From: Octopus vulgaris
Taxonomy: Eukaryota
Length of the DNA stretch: 64,000 nt
NCBI GenBank assembly: GCA_951406725.2
Contig: OX597831.1
Coordinates: forward strand, 77,748,001 to 77,812,000
Reading direction: 5' to 3'
Below, piece after piece: positions 13,021 to 25,369 of the stretch. The position numbers and the translations under genes are program-made. The notes beneath the pieces are model-generated. The model had not been told where the DNA came from. It saw nothing but the letters and a program-made list of their open reading frames with translations, and ran no database searches. How positions within the stretch are numbered: the stretch's first letter is position 1; each line of letters begins with the position of its first letter.

Positions 13021-13883
13021 AATGTTCTTTAAGATTTTAATAGAAATTATAATAGATGCCCGATGCTAATTCTGCCTTTCATCATTTGTACGTCGATAGA
13101 ATTAAATACCAGTGAATTCCTGGAGGATATTTAATACTCTTGGAAAGCATAACTTTGATGTCAATGAAATTATAACGGAAATCTAAGACACTTGCTTTTG
13201 TCATTCTTCTTGGCTCAGTAAAATTAAGTACCAGAAAAATACTGAGGATGGTTTGATATATTCCAGTAAAGCATAGCTTACATATGAATGAACATATAAT
13301 AGATTAAAAAACTAACTTTGTGTTTCATCCTTTGTGCATCGATAAAATGAAATACCAGTAAAATATTGGGGAAATTTTTATATATTCCTTCCAAGCATAA
13401 TCTTTCATTTGAATGAACTTATAGCAGAAGATTCAGGAAAAAAAATCATACCTCCGTCTAATTTTTAACCTTGTCCTTATTGAACATCAAAGGCGGTGAG
13501 CTGGCGAAATCTTTAGAGCGTAAGATCAAATTCCTTTCGGTATTCGTTCCGCTTCCCTGCGCTCTGAGTTCAAATTCCGCCGAAGTCAGTTTTGCCTTTC
13601 ATCTCTCTCTCTCTGTCTTTCTCTCTCTTTCTCTCCTTCTCTCTCTCTCTCTTTGGGACTTACCTGCAATCCGAATATCTAGTCTTGTCACGCACGGTGT
13701 CATGATGATTCGGACCGATAATTAAATTAGAATTATATTATGTTAAAGATGCAGGTGTCTGTAGAATATTCAGCCGCATACATGTTGCTCATCATCGAAA
13801 CTGTTGGAGGACCTATGACTACTGAGCTGCAATGGCTTCCAATATATATGAAGACACATATATATACATATATATGAAGACAC

Positions 13884-14225
13884 ATCGACCCCAGTGTGTA
13901 ACTGGTACTTATTTAATCGACCCCGAAATGGTGAAAGGTAAAGTCGACCTCGGCGGAATTTGAACTCAGAACGTAATGGCAGACGAAATACCTATTTCTT
14001 TACTACCCACAAGGGGCTAAACACAGAGAGGACACACAAGGATAGACAAACGGATTAAGTTGATTATATCGACACCAGTGTGTAACTAGTACTTAATTTG
14101 TCGACCCCGAAAGGATGAAAGGCAAAGTCGACCTCGGCGGAATTTGAACTCAGAATGTAGCGGCAGACGAAATACCGCTAAGAATTTCGGCCGGCGTGCT
14201 AACGTTTCTGTCAGCTCGCCGCCTT
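13884..14225 (-). mobile_element. SINE 'B' dimer
   Basis: Two cores joined at GGTAGTAAAGAAATAG|GTATTTCGTCT. Confidence 0.9.
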
Positions 14226-15223
14226 ATATAATCGAAATAAGAAGACACAGTTATTTGTTAACACGTCTTTAAAGATTCATTACAATTGTTTCCTTACCAA
14301 CTCTGCTTGCAACGCCAGTGTATACAAAAATTCGAAGTGAAAACATACTTAACGTTTGCGGTTTCAGGCACTTCATCAGACTTGCATCAAAGGTGTGCTG
14401 TTACGTTGTGCATCTTCCAGACATTTTTTAAAGTTTATATCAGGAGGAAACAAAAAGTAAATAAAAGTGTGGTTTGAGACAAATCAGCACTGGTTCAATT
14501 ATTTAATGTTAATGTGCTAACTATGTAGGAAAGTATAGGAGTCCTCCTTCGAAATGAATTCTAGAACCTTCTGGACAGACAGAAAGCTATTTCAATATTT
14601 GCAGTAGTAGATAGTTCTTCTCTTCTGGTAGTCTCTTAATTCACTTATCGTCCTTTCCTTTTCACAGTCCTTAACTAGTAAGGGTCAGACAGCTAGTATC
14701 CATTATATGCATTGATTTATATGCTCTGTATCATTATCACAATATTAAATTATTGGTGGCTCACATATAAATACAGTGCAATGGTGAATAAAATATATTA
14801 GGAAATACAAACGAGCCTTGGTGTCGCTAGTGTCAACACAGGTAACCTAATAGCCTACCTGATATGGAACCAGCAAGAAAAGAGGATAGGACGGACAACC
14901 GCACTAAAAATGGAAGGAATGGAGAAAGTGTAAAATTCGCAAGAGGAAGCACATGGGCTTATACGGAATGTTTTTCGTTCTCCATTTCTACTTTTTCTCC
15001 GCCCCCCCCCTTCTCTGTTTGCTCTCATTTTTCTCCGATGAAGAGCAAACAGCCCGAAATATAAGAACGTTCTTAGATTTGTCTTCATTACAGCAAGAAA
15101 CCAATATATCAATTTCGTATTTCCGTTATTTGTGCTTTTTAAGATACATCATTATACAAACATATGCGTAAGTATATATGAATCTGTGTTTGTGTGTTTG
15201 TGTATGCTTATATATATACATAC

Positions 15224-15298
<75 letters not shown>

Positions 15299-15656
15299 CA
15301 AATATGTAGGTATAAATGATCGTATATGAATGTATGCACACATACATACACACACATATAAAAATGTGCGTTTATATACACATATATATACGCATGATAC
15401 ATTTACGCACATACATAACCTTAATGAGAAGTAATTAGTCGTCACCGGTCCATGTTTGTCAATGTGGTTGAAACGACTAGTTTTTGTTCATTAATATATA
15501 TTTTTGTTGTTTTTACTGTTTTATTTCATGTTTTTTTTTTGTCCGCAGTCAGAATGAAACTGTAAACACTAGAGTAGTACTTCCCTGGCTTCTACTACCA
15601 CCGCCCACACCATAGCCACTACCACAACTAGCAACATCACATGTTTGCCCCCGCGG

Positions 15657-15689
<33 letters not shown>

Positions 15690-16268
15690 CGGTAACTAGA
15701 AACATATAAACCGCATAATTATACTTCTGTATATACGTGTGTTTATGCGTGCGTGTATGTGTGTATAGGTGTGTGTATATATTTATAATGTAATATGTAT
15801 GTGTGTGTATGATACACATATCTATATATGCTCGTGTTTGTCTAGTGTTTTCTTTCTTTTTTTTTTATTACTGTCTGATCTTGATTGAAATATATAAATA
15901 TATAGGTGTATGTCTGTCTGTCTGTGTATGTGTGCGTGTGCATGACACGTTCGTGTGTATGTGTATGTGTATGTGAGTGCCTGTGTAATTATGTATGGCT
16001 GTGAAGGTTTGTGTGTACCAAGCTTGCTGTCTATAAACAAGAAGGAATGTTAGTCGTTTTCTTCCGATATTCCCATCCACGACTCTTTGCGGTTGGCTGT
16101 GGTTGTTTACACCTCTCACTTGCAACGACTTCTCCATATGCCCCAAATTCTGCCATACAGAGATTAAACCAGCAAACAAACACACAAACAAATCTAGCGG
16201 GTCTTAAATACACTGACACACATACAAGCACATACACCAAGCACACACACACACACACATATATATGT

Positions 16269-16642
16269 TGGAAGCACTCCGTCGGTTACGACGACGAGGG
16301 TTCCGGTTGATCCGAATCAACGGAACAGCCTGCTCGTGAAATTAACGTGTAAATGGCTGAGCACTCCAGAGACACGTGTACCCTTAACGTAGTTCTCGGG
16401 GATATTCAGCGTGACACAGAGAGTGACAAGGCCGGCCCTTTGAAATACAGGCACAACAGAAACAGGAAGTAAGAGTGAGAGAAAGTTGTGGTGAAAGAGT
16501 ACAGCAGGGATCGCCACCATCCCCTGCCGGAGCCTCGTGGAGCTTTTAGGTGTTTTCGCTCAATAAACACTCACAACGCCCAGTCTGGGAATCGAAACCG
16601 CGATCCTATGACCGCGAGTCCACTGGGCCATTGCGCCTCCAC
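16269..16642 (-). mobile_element. SINE 'C' (head 1 plus tail Y)
   Basis: Near-identical to 24683-25067 and 63190-63539. Confidence 0.9.
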
Positions 16643-16879
16643 TACACACGTATAGATGTGTATACAATGACAAGTCGTCAGAAACAGACGACCAAACAAA
16701 TATATAGGGAAACACACGGATATACACACATACATGCTTGCATACATGAATGTTGCACTCAGGTATATGGAGTATTTGGAGGTAGAGAATGGGTCAGTTC
16801 AATGGAGAGCGTGGAGAAGTATGCATACACACACACACATATATACACGCACATACAAACTACAATGATATGTACGGTA

Positions 16880-17385
16880 AACAGGAAGAAAGGGAGAGAG
16901 AAGTACAAAAGATAAATAGAGAGAGAGAGAGAAAGGAAGGAAAAGAGAGGGAGAGAGAAGTACAGCAGAGAGAGAGAGAGAGGAAGGAAAAGAGAGGGGG
17001 AGAAGTGCAACAGAGAGAGAGAGAGAGAGAGGATAAGAGAGAGGAAAAGAGAGAGAGAGAAAGAGAGAAGTGTAGTTCGGCAAACAGAGAGTAAGGAAGA
17101 GAGAAGTACAAAAGAGAGATAGAGGTAGAGAGAGTATGACAGAGATGAAAAGAGAGGGAGAGACAAGAACAGCAGAGAGAGAGAGAGTTAAAGAGAGAAA
17201 AAGAGAAGAGAGAGATAGCGAAGTGCAGCAGAGAAAGAGAGAGTGAGAGGAAAAGAGAGAGAACGAGAGAAGTGTATTAGAGAGAGGGGGGGAAGTGCAG
17301 CAGAGAGTGAGAGAGAAGGAGAAAGAGTGGAAGGGAAGGAGGAAATGATAAGAGGGAGAGATGCAAAATGTAAAAAGGAAAGAAA
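16880..17385. repeat. GA-rich compound minisatellite
   Basis: Recurring GAGAGAGAAGT(A/G)CAGCAGAGAG unit in a purine tract. Confidence 0.8.
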
Positions 17386-17387
17386 CT

Positions 17388-17459
<72 letters not shown>

Positions 17460-17630
17460 GGGCGCGCGCATGCACCACATGCATAGGAACACACGGGCGC
17501 CCGCATGCATGCACGCAGCACTCTTATATAGAGATAATATGTAACAGGAGAAAGGGAGAGAATGAAGGGAGAGTAAGAGAAGGAATGAGAGTGAGAGTGA
17601 TGGTAAGAGAAGCGTTACAGAGTACGTAAC

Positions 17631-17663
<33 letters not shown>

Positions 17664-17668
17664 GAGAC

Positions 17669-17707
<39 letters not shown>

Positions 17708-18043
17708 GAGAGAGAGACAGAGACAGAGAGAGAGACAGAGAGAGAGGAGGCGGAGTAAAAGTGGACAGAAAGCAAAGAAAACACAGTGATATGCAGTGAG
17801 GTACCATGCACATACACACACACACACATACACACACACACACATACACACACACACACATACACACACACACATACACACACACTCACACACTGAAAGA
17901 GAGACGTCAGTTGATTCTCTCTGTTTCTCTCCCTCTTTCACACACAGACACACACACACTCTCTCTCTCTCTCTGTTTCTCCCTCTGTCTCTCTCATCTA
18001 CATTTATACCTGTTTAATCTAACAATCAGTGAGTCACTACTAA

Positions 18044-18250
18044 CACCACCACCACCACCACCACCACCACCACCACCACCACCACCACCACCACCACTAC
18101 CACCACCACCACCACCACCACCATCACCACCACCACCACCACCACCACCACCACTACCACCACCACCACCACCACCACCACCACCACCACCACCACCACC
18201 ACCACCACCACCACCACCACCACCACCACCACCACCACCACCACCACCAT
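18044..18250. repeat. (CCA)n microsatellite, about 200 bp
   Basis: Direct inspection. Confidence 0.95.
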
Positions 18251-18375
18251 CCAACAACGAGTACCCAACACACACACGTGCAGATGTATGCCTGTGTGTA
18301 TATTGTGAACATGATTTTATATATTTAAAATATATATTATCGGTTTCCGTTGTAGCTTATATATACATATATATA

Positions 18376-18411
<36 letters not shown>

Positions 18412-18649
18412 TGTATGTATATTCGCAAATACAAGCGGCCTAGATGGCGTGTGTGTGTGTGTGTGGTGTGTATAAAGTGTATATAAATCTATATGAGCAA
18501 GGCTACAACACACAACGAAGTGGCTTCATCATTTAGTAAATAGTTTCTTGTCTGCGTCAGCGGCCCTGACAATCTTCGGACGATGCAAGACGAGCAGATT
18601 TCCACGAAGCTTAGCTTTGTCTTTACATGAAACTGCTACATATATATAT

Positions 18650-19460
18650 TTCTCTAGTTTCAGCTCAGAGCTGCGGCCATGCTGATGCACCGCCGTTTTG
18701 TGCTACACTGTTATTACGACGAAACTCGTGTAATATGTGGCACTTGGTGAAGAATGGAGTTTGATACAGCTACTCTCATTTGCACCTCTTGCCGTGAGGT
18801 AGGTTCATCTGGGACTCTTGACAGGAAGATGTCCAGCTACATCTACTTTGTGCAAGTTCCTCAGACTCGTTGGGAGAATATTAAAAAGCTGTGGGCCCTT
18901 GAAACCCAGGCTGTTGCAGAAGCTGGTCCTGAAGCGTGATGGCATTGCTGGGATCTTTGGCACTATGCAGTGTCGTCCTGTTCTAGCATTGGTGTAGTTT
19001 ACAATGCTAAAATTTGGCACAATTCCTTCCAGAATCTTCCAGACATATATTACTGCATACCTCTCCCGTCTTCTCTCCAGGGAGTAGAGTCTTAGCTGTT
19101 TCAACCTTTCCCAGTAGCTGAGCTGTTGCAAAGAGACGATCTTCTTTGTGAATCTTCTCTGGATTGCTTCAAGGTCCGCTGTTAATTTTACACTGGTGGG
19201 TGACCATAGCTGTGAGCAGTAATCCAGGCGGCTGAGGACGAATGTTCGCCAGAGGACCATGATGGTTTCCTTATCTCTGGTTCTGAATGTTCTTAGGATC
19301 CACCCAGCCACTCGTCTGCACTTTGTCGCCATCCTGGTAATGTGCACTTGGAAAGAGGTATCATCACTCATGTCGATACCCAGGTCCCTCACAGACTTAG
19401 GCTCTGGGATTGAAATTCTCTGTGGACCGGTGTATCTTGTAAGTTTAATATTCAGTTTTG
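18650..19460 (-). mobile_element. 5'-truncated CR1/L2-group LINE (RT C-terminal region plus 3' end)
   Basis: ORF 18805-19530: VRDLGIDMSDD..GWILRTF..SRLDYCSQLWSP..LEAIQRRFTK..LSYWERLKQLRLYSLERRRER; 3' stem-loop tail; TA-rich flanks. Confidence 0.9.
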
Positions 19461-19907
19461 GATGCACATATATATATGTGTGTGTGCAAACTTCACTCCC
19501 TAATTTTTTAATGTTTATTCGTATATACAATAACCCCTGTTGTTAGGCGTGAACTTTTTGCAGCTTATCGTATTTCGATACGGGAACAATTCACAAACTT
19601 CTTCGCCAATAAACCACTGTTGTTCCCGAATGTTTTTTTTCTTTATACCTTCTACGGGTTGTTTGAAGCCCACTAACTTCCTACATATTGATCCTTGCTT
19701 TGTGCTGGACTGGAGGTTGAACACCGTGTTCGAAAATATAAAGACACAGATATTGCGTCGCATAGCCAGTTTGAAATGATATTTCCTGGGGGCTAAACAA
19801 CAATAACACTCGTTCCTTCCAGGGCAGCAACATTATTTTGGCAAATACTCTTTACTTTAAAGAAGTGCTACTGAATATCTCTCTTTGAGAGATTTAGAAT
19901 TAATAAT

Positions 19908-20000
<93 letters not shown>

Positions 20001-20002
<2 letters not shown>

Positions 20003-20412
20003 TGTAGGAGTAGCTGTGTGGTAAGTAGCTTGCTTACCAACCACATGGTCCCGGGTTCAGTCCCTCTGCGTGGCACCTTGGGCAAGTGTCTTCTACTATA
20101 GCCTCGGGCCAACCGAAGCTTGTGAGTGGATTTAGTAGACGGAAAGTGAAAGAAGCCCGTCGTATATATATATATATATGTATGTATGTGTGTTTGTGTG
20201 TCTGCATTTGTCCTCCCTTTGTCTGCGCTTGATAACCGATGCTGGTGTGTTTACGTCCCCGTAACTTAGCGGTTCGGCAAAAGAGACCGATAGAATAAGT
20301 ACTAGGATTCCAAAGAATATGTGCTGGGGTCGATTTGCTCGACTAAAGGCGGTGCTCCAGCATGGCCACAGTCAAATGACTGAAACAAGTAAAAGAGTAA
20401 AAGAGTAAAGAG
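20001..20412 (+). mobile_element. Full-length SINE 'A' inserted after (TA)n
   Basis: Head, ACCTTGGGCAAGTGTCTT, internal (TA/TG)n, (TAAAAGAG)n tail. Confidence 0.95.
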
Positions 20413-20515
20413 TATATATATCGTATGACAACAAAAGAATGAATGAGACTTCGATACTGTGTAAATAGAGGAATTCGTCTGTAAAGTAATATGGGACAAT
20501 TATTCGGTTGCCATA

Positions 20516-20574
20516 ATAAATCTCCGAGTTTCGGATGTCGGGGTGGAAATCTGCTCCGGCATCTCGTCAGTTAT
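20516..20574 (-). ncRNA. Hammerhead-like motif (canonical CUGACGA, single-base defects)
   Basis: Minus strand: ataa CTGACGA gatgccgg..ccgacatc c GAAA ctc g gag AT ttat. Confidence 0.55.
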
Positions 20575-21057
20575 TAAGACAAAACAAAAATGCTATGAAA
20601 ATGACCGTTAAACAAAGGGAAATTACTATGTAAATGACCGTTATTAAGACAAACAAAAGAGCTATTAGAATGACCGTTTAGTAAAGGGAAAATACTGGAA
20701 GGGGAGAAAGTAAAAACTGCTCATAGGATTCGCGTATGCGCGCATGTACATACATACACATGCGCACACGCACACCCATGTATATACATATCCACGCTAC
20801 CATTGCATGTATAAGTTTGGTTGGAGGGTATTATCATGAGGTTTTAATATAAATGATCCACGAATTCATTGATTAACTTGTCTTTCCTTTTCGTTAGAAC
20901 TGTAAAATGTGATTTGAGGGAAATTTAGTGGCTATTTCTAGTAGGACAAGCGACCTCCTAATCAGATTTCTCGTTCACTTCTGAGTATGAGATGTATATG
21001 ATAGTGTGCGTATGTGTGTGTGAGAGAGAGAGAAAGTCAGAGAGAGAGAGAGAGAGA

Positions 21058-21096
<39 letters not shown>

Positions 21097-21172
21097 AGAG
21101 ATTGAGTCTGTATTTGAATGAATGTTTAAGAATGTGTTCATGTTCGTCTTCAAATGTGTGTGTGTGTATTTA

Positions 21173-21233
<61 letters not shown>

Positions 21234-21452
21234 ATGTGCATGTCAGTGCATATCTCGACGCGTTAATGTGTGTGCCTCGTGACCTTGAAGAGAGTGTATT
21301 TTTTGCTTTACTATGTGTGCAGTTGTATTTCCGTTTGCTCATTTGTAAGTTTTCTCTTCTAATATTTCTTCGAACGCACGTATGTGTATGTGTGTATGCG
21401 CGCGCGCGTACGTGTATGTGTGTGTGTGTGTGTATGTGTGTGTGTGTGTTTT

Positions 21453-21715
21453 TGAAGGCGCATGGTTTAGTGGTTAAGGATGTTGCACTCATAATCGTGA
21501 GACTAGTTTCTCTTACTGGAATGGGCGATGCTTGTGTTCTCAAACTTCAACAAAACACTTCATTTCAAAGTTGCACCAGTCCCCTCAGCTGGCAACAACA
21601 GGCAATCCTGCGACCGACCGAACGACCGACGCCCTGTCAAAGGCTAGGAAGAATATATACGCCACGGGATCTGGGGAAACCGGCCTTATGAGCCACTGGC
21701 TCGGGAAGAACCTTT
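21453..21715 (+). mobile_element. Degraded SINE (head 2 plus Meta-like tail X)
   Basis: Head like the 5' end of 50852-51175 (-); tail CCTGCGAC..GGGAAACCGGCCTTATGAGCC like 4372-4460. Confidence 0.6.
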
Positions 21716-21759
21716 GATACATTTATTATTTTATATATATGTAACTGTATGTATATCTT

Positions 21760-22370
21760 ATGTCAAGTCACTCTTAGAGCTGCTAGTAACATAAAACACA
21801 ACACACCCTGTCGTATAGCCGGTCAGTCGACATCTAAACTGCCAACCCAGCCAGGCTGGCTTGATAAGGAGGATGGTATTCATTGGATACTCTTCCGGGC
21901 GAAAAAGAAAGCAACAAAACCTAACAAAGAGCAGATGGACTCAGTCGAGTCAACAGTTATCCAACAGCTAGGAATAAGCCATCGTCTTTGTTTAGACATC
22001 TCTCTTGGAGACCGAACAGTTGCCACTTGGCTTGCATTCAGTGATATAGACTAGTTGTTCATTTTAGGCAAATGCATGCATCGTTAGAGCGTTTGATCGG
22101 CCCTGCACAAGGCTTTTCCTCGCCTTTCAAAGATTCTAGTACAGGCATCTCTTGATTTTTAAGATCTCTAATAAGAACTCTATTATATGTTGCATACTAT
22201 AGTTGATCGTAGCCGAATAAGCCAAACACTCAATGTATCGAGTCGCAGCCATTTTATATGCATGTATGCGCAGATACCATTTCTAATGGATTAGAAAGAG
22301 GGAATAATGGTTTCGTTAGTGAAGTGTCATTCCAAATCGTTGCAGCTATGGTGGTTTTTTGCTTGTAACT
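21760..22370 (-). pseudogene. Possible heavily degraded RTE-like LINE 3' fragment
   Basis: Only weak motifs (IWNDTSLTK; LKGEEKPCAGPIKRSND resembling G.R.RGRP..RW.D). Confidence 0.3.
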
Positions 22371-22641
22371 CTCAGCATGACATTGGTTTTCTTTTATCGA
22401 AGAGTTCTCAAATACACACACACACACACACACACACATACACACAGACATTTATTACTGATTGACACAGGTACGGAACACTGAGTTTCGGTGCAAACAC
22501 TTCAGAATCCTGAATGTATTTCTTGTCTGTGTCATTTAATAATTTTTCCATGTATTTCCAAAGATACTAAGGCCTAGTTCTTTTGACATCTCTCTTTCCC
22601 CCATCTATCTGTATGTGTGTATCTGTCTGTGTGTCTCTGTG

Positions 22642-22676
<35 letters not shown>

Positions 22677-22754
22677 GTGTATGTATACATCCATGCGTAT
22701 ATGTGTGTGTACGTGTGTGTGTATCTTTACACACATACACACGCGCGCGCACAC

Positions 22755-22803
<49 letters not shown>

Positions 22804-22863
22804 CTTGATGAAACAGACAGGAGTTACAGAATTCAGTATTTGAATAAATAGAATTCCTTTTCT

Positions 22864-22964
22864 TTAATCGGCAGAAAGTTACAAAAGTAACTGAGGTGCA
22901 TGATGAAGGCCAGTGCATGAAACTCTAAGCCATAGAGTCACTTTTGTAATTTTTTGTCAATTAA
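22864..22964 (+). ncRNA. Degenerate hammerhead-like motif between inverted repeats
   Basis: ATGATGA a ggc cagt gca t GAAA CTCTA agcca TAGAG TC; flanks TTAATCGGCAGAAAGTTACAAAAGT / ACTTTTGTAATTTTTTGTCAATTAA. Confidence 0.45.
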
Positions 22965-23097
22965 AATAGTAGAATTAGTTTAGATACTAGTGTAAAACGT
23001 AGTCTAGAGAAGTATAATTTAATTGTGTTGGTGTATAAATGCATATGTATATAAGCATGTGTATGTATGTATACATATATATATATATATACATATT

Positions 23098-23563
23098 ACT
23101 TTTGAGAAATCTCGAGTTGCGCATGAGAAAGTAAGGAGGGATGTCAGGAAGGGCATCGCTGTTACACTTCCAGATGGGAAGGGTCTTCCTATGATGCTGA
23201 TATGCAGTGTCTGTGCAAAACCCTGCCTCGGTAAAGCTGGACTCATGAGTCATCTTCGTAGTCATAAAACGAGACAGATGAGTGACAACCTGGCCACTGG
23301 TGGTGGTGTAACACACCATACTAATCATAACTATCGGGCATGTGGAAGAGAGTGTAATTCGGCAGGAGGACTTAAATGACATGCAAAGGTACATGAAGCC
23401 CAGTTACAACTACAGCCGGCTATTACCAGTAAAGGTTTTAGCTGCCAATTCTGTACAAGACATTGTAGATCTTTAGCTGGGCTAAAAAGTCACATTCGAT
23501 CACAGCACCAGTAACAGTTAAGCTTCGTGCAATGGCCATACCCGATAACGAGGGGGCAGCCAT
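23098..23563 (+). mobile_element. 3' fragment of an RTE-type LINE with three C-terminal C2H2 zinc fingers
   Basis: FEKSRVAHEKVRRDVRK..CSVCAKPCLGKAGLMSHLRSH..YRACGRECNSAGGLK*HAKVH..CQFCTRHCRSLAGLKSHIRSQH*; short 3' UTR; (TA)n flanks. Confidence 0.75.
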
Positions 23564-23564
23564 C

Positions 23565-23637
<73 letters not shown>

Positions 23638-24596
23638 TGTATGTATGTATGTATGTATGTATGTGTGTGTGTGGCACTGGTTCTTTCTGCCAGTTTGTAC
23701 AACTGTGCATTTTGAAATAAAATGTGTCAATATTTGGTGGCAGTCTAAAGTCAATATCAGGGCCTCACACTGCGTTATCAATGATTCATTTCAATGATTT
23801 TTTTCTAGTAACAGTTTTGCTCGTTTACAAGAAAGCAGCCACTACGTATGTATGGTTATGTGTATCTATAAACACTATTCAGTCGATATCGAGGCCACGT
23901 ACCCCAGATGTGTGCTTTGCCAGTTTGTGGGCAGGCTGCGATTATAGGCGTAAGAGAATACATTCTCACCAATTCGCCTGGCAGTGTGCTCGATATTGTT
24001 TATGTTCTTCGGGTTGCTTCTCATATCCAATCGATATCAATACTCACTGCCCACAAGTGTTCAATATTTATATTTATTTGTGTCATTTGACTGACAGACG
24101 AAAATACTGATGTCCAGAAAATACGCCTCCTCCTCAATTCTTTTTTCTGCTGTAGCCTTCTCTTCCCGTCTACTTTCTTCCTTATTTATTTACTTTTTGC
24201 TGTTGTTGTTGCTGCTGCTGTTTAGCCCCAGGTAACTTCTGGTCCAACAGATCTCTGATCAGGGACGTTCCAACTGAACACCATTTCGTTTTATGAATAA
24301 ATATATTGTGTCGAACAGTAATGACATACCCAGGAAATTCAAGGTAGCGAGCTTGGCAGAACTGTTAGCACGCCGGATAGAATGCTCAGCGGCGTTTCGT
24401 CCGTTTTTACATTCTGCCAGCCCACCGCCTTATACCAAGAAAGAAAACTGAATGGTCTTGCGTGGATGGTTTTGTTCACAAATCTGTCCACCTTTATTAG
24501 AAACAACTTTGCTCGGCCTTAGCAAGCTACAGTAAAACATTGAGGATTGGGTTGACTGACCTCATTCCATCTGTCACAATCTTTGATTGACTCTTG

Positions 24597-24649
<53 letters not shown>

Positions 24650-24682
24650 TATTGGTTCAGAACATATTTAATTTTGGGGAAA

Positions 24683-25067
24683 GTGGAGGCGCAATGGCCC
24701 AGTGGTTAAGCCAACGGACTCGCGGTCATAGGATCGCGGTTTCGATTCCCAGACCGGGCGTTGTGGGTGTTTATTGAGCGAAAACACCTAAAAGTTCCAC
24801 GAGGCTCCAGCAGATGATGGTGGTGATCCCTGCTGTACTCTTTCACCACAACTTTCTCTCACTCTTACTTCCTGTTTCTGTTGTACCTGTATTTCAAAGG
24901 GCCGGCCTTGTCACTCTCTGTGTCACGCTGAATATCCGCGAGAACTACGTTAAGGGTACACGTGTCTGTGGAGTGCTCAGCCACTTACACGTTAATTTCA
25001 CGAGCAGGCTGTTCCGTTGATCGGATCAACCGGAACCCTCGTCGTCGTAACCGACGGAGTGCTTCCA
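24683..25067 (+). mobile_element. Full-length SINE 'C' (tRNA-Arg-like head)
   Basis: GGAGGCGCAATGGCCCAGTGGTT..GGACTCGCGGTC..GGTTTCGATTCC; imperfect TSD AATT..GGGGAAA. Confidence 0.9.
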
Positions 25068-25277
25068 TCAATTAGGGGAAACAAAACCTGGACAAATGAA
25101 CTACAACTAATTTCAAATCCAAAATATAACGAAAACGTTTAGATCTGACTCAGACTAGACTACAGCAGCTGTTCAATTTCGGTCGCATAGAGTCTCGAAC
25201 CCCCAAAGTATGAAACGCGTTCGTCGTTTTGGATCCGCCAACTCGAAACCACTATAAAAATGTATATAAACACACGT

Positions 25278-25362
<85 letters not shown>

Positions 25363-25369
25363 CACACAC

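Larger units (their letters stand above)
11560..13440 (+). repeat. Old tandem array of about 100-125 bp units built on the SINE B (Nin-like) core, invaded by younger elements
   Basis: Recurring CTTTCATCCTT(C/T)GTG..TCGATAAAATGAAATACCAGTAAAAT..TGGGG near 11566, 11671, 12123, 12207, 13075, 13195 and 13321. Confidence 0.65.

Noticed and set aside
17806-18486. Poly-Pro/Gly/Val ORFs (formin- or extensin-like)
   Set aside because: A pure (CCA)n tract open in several frames, with no domain or splice support.
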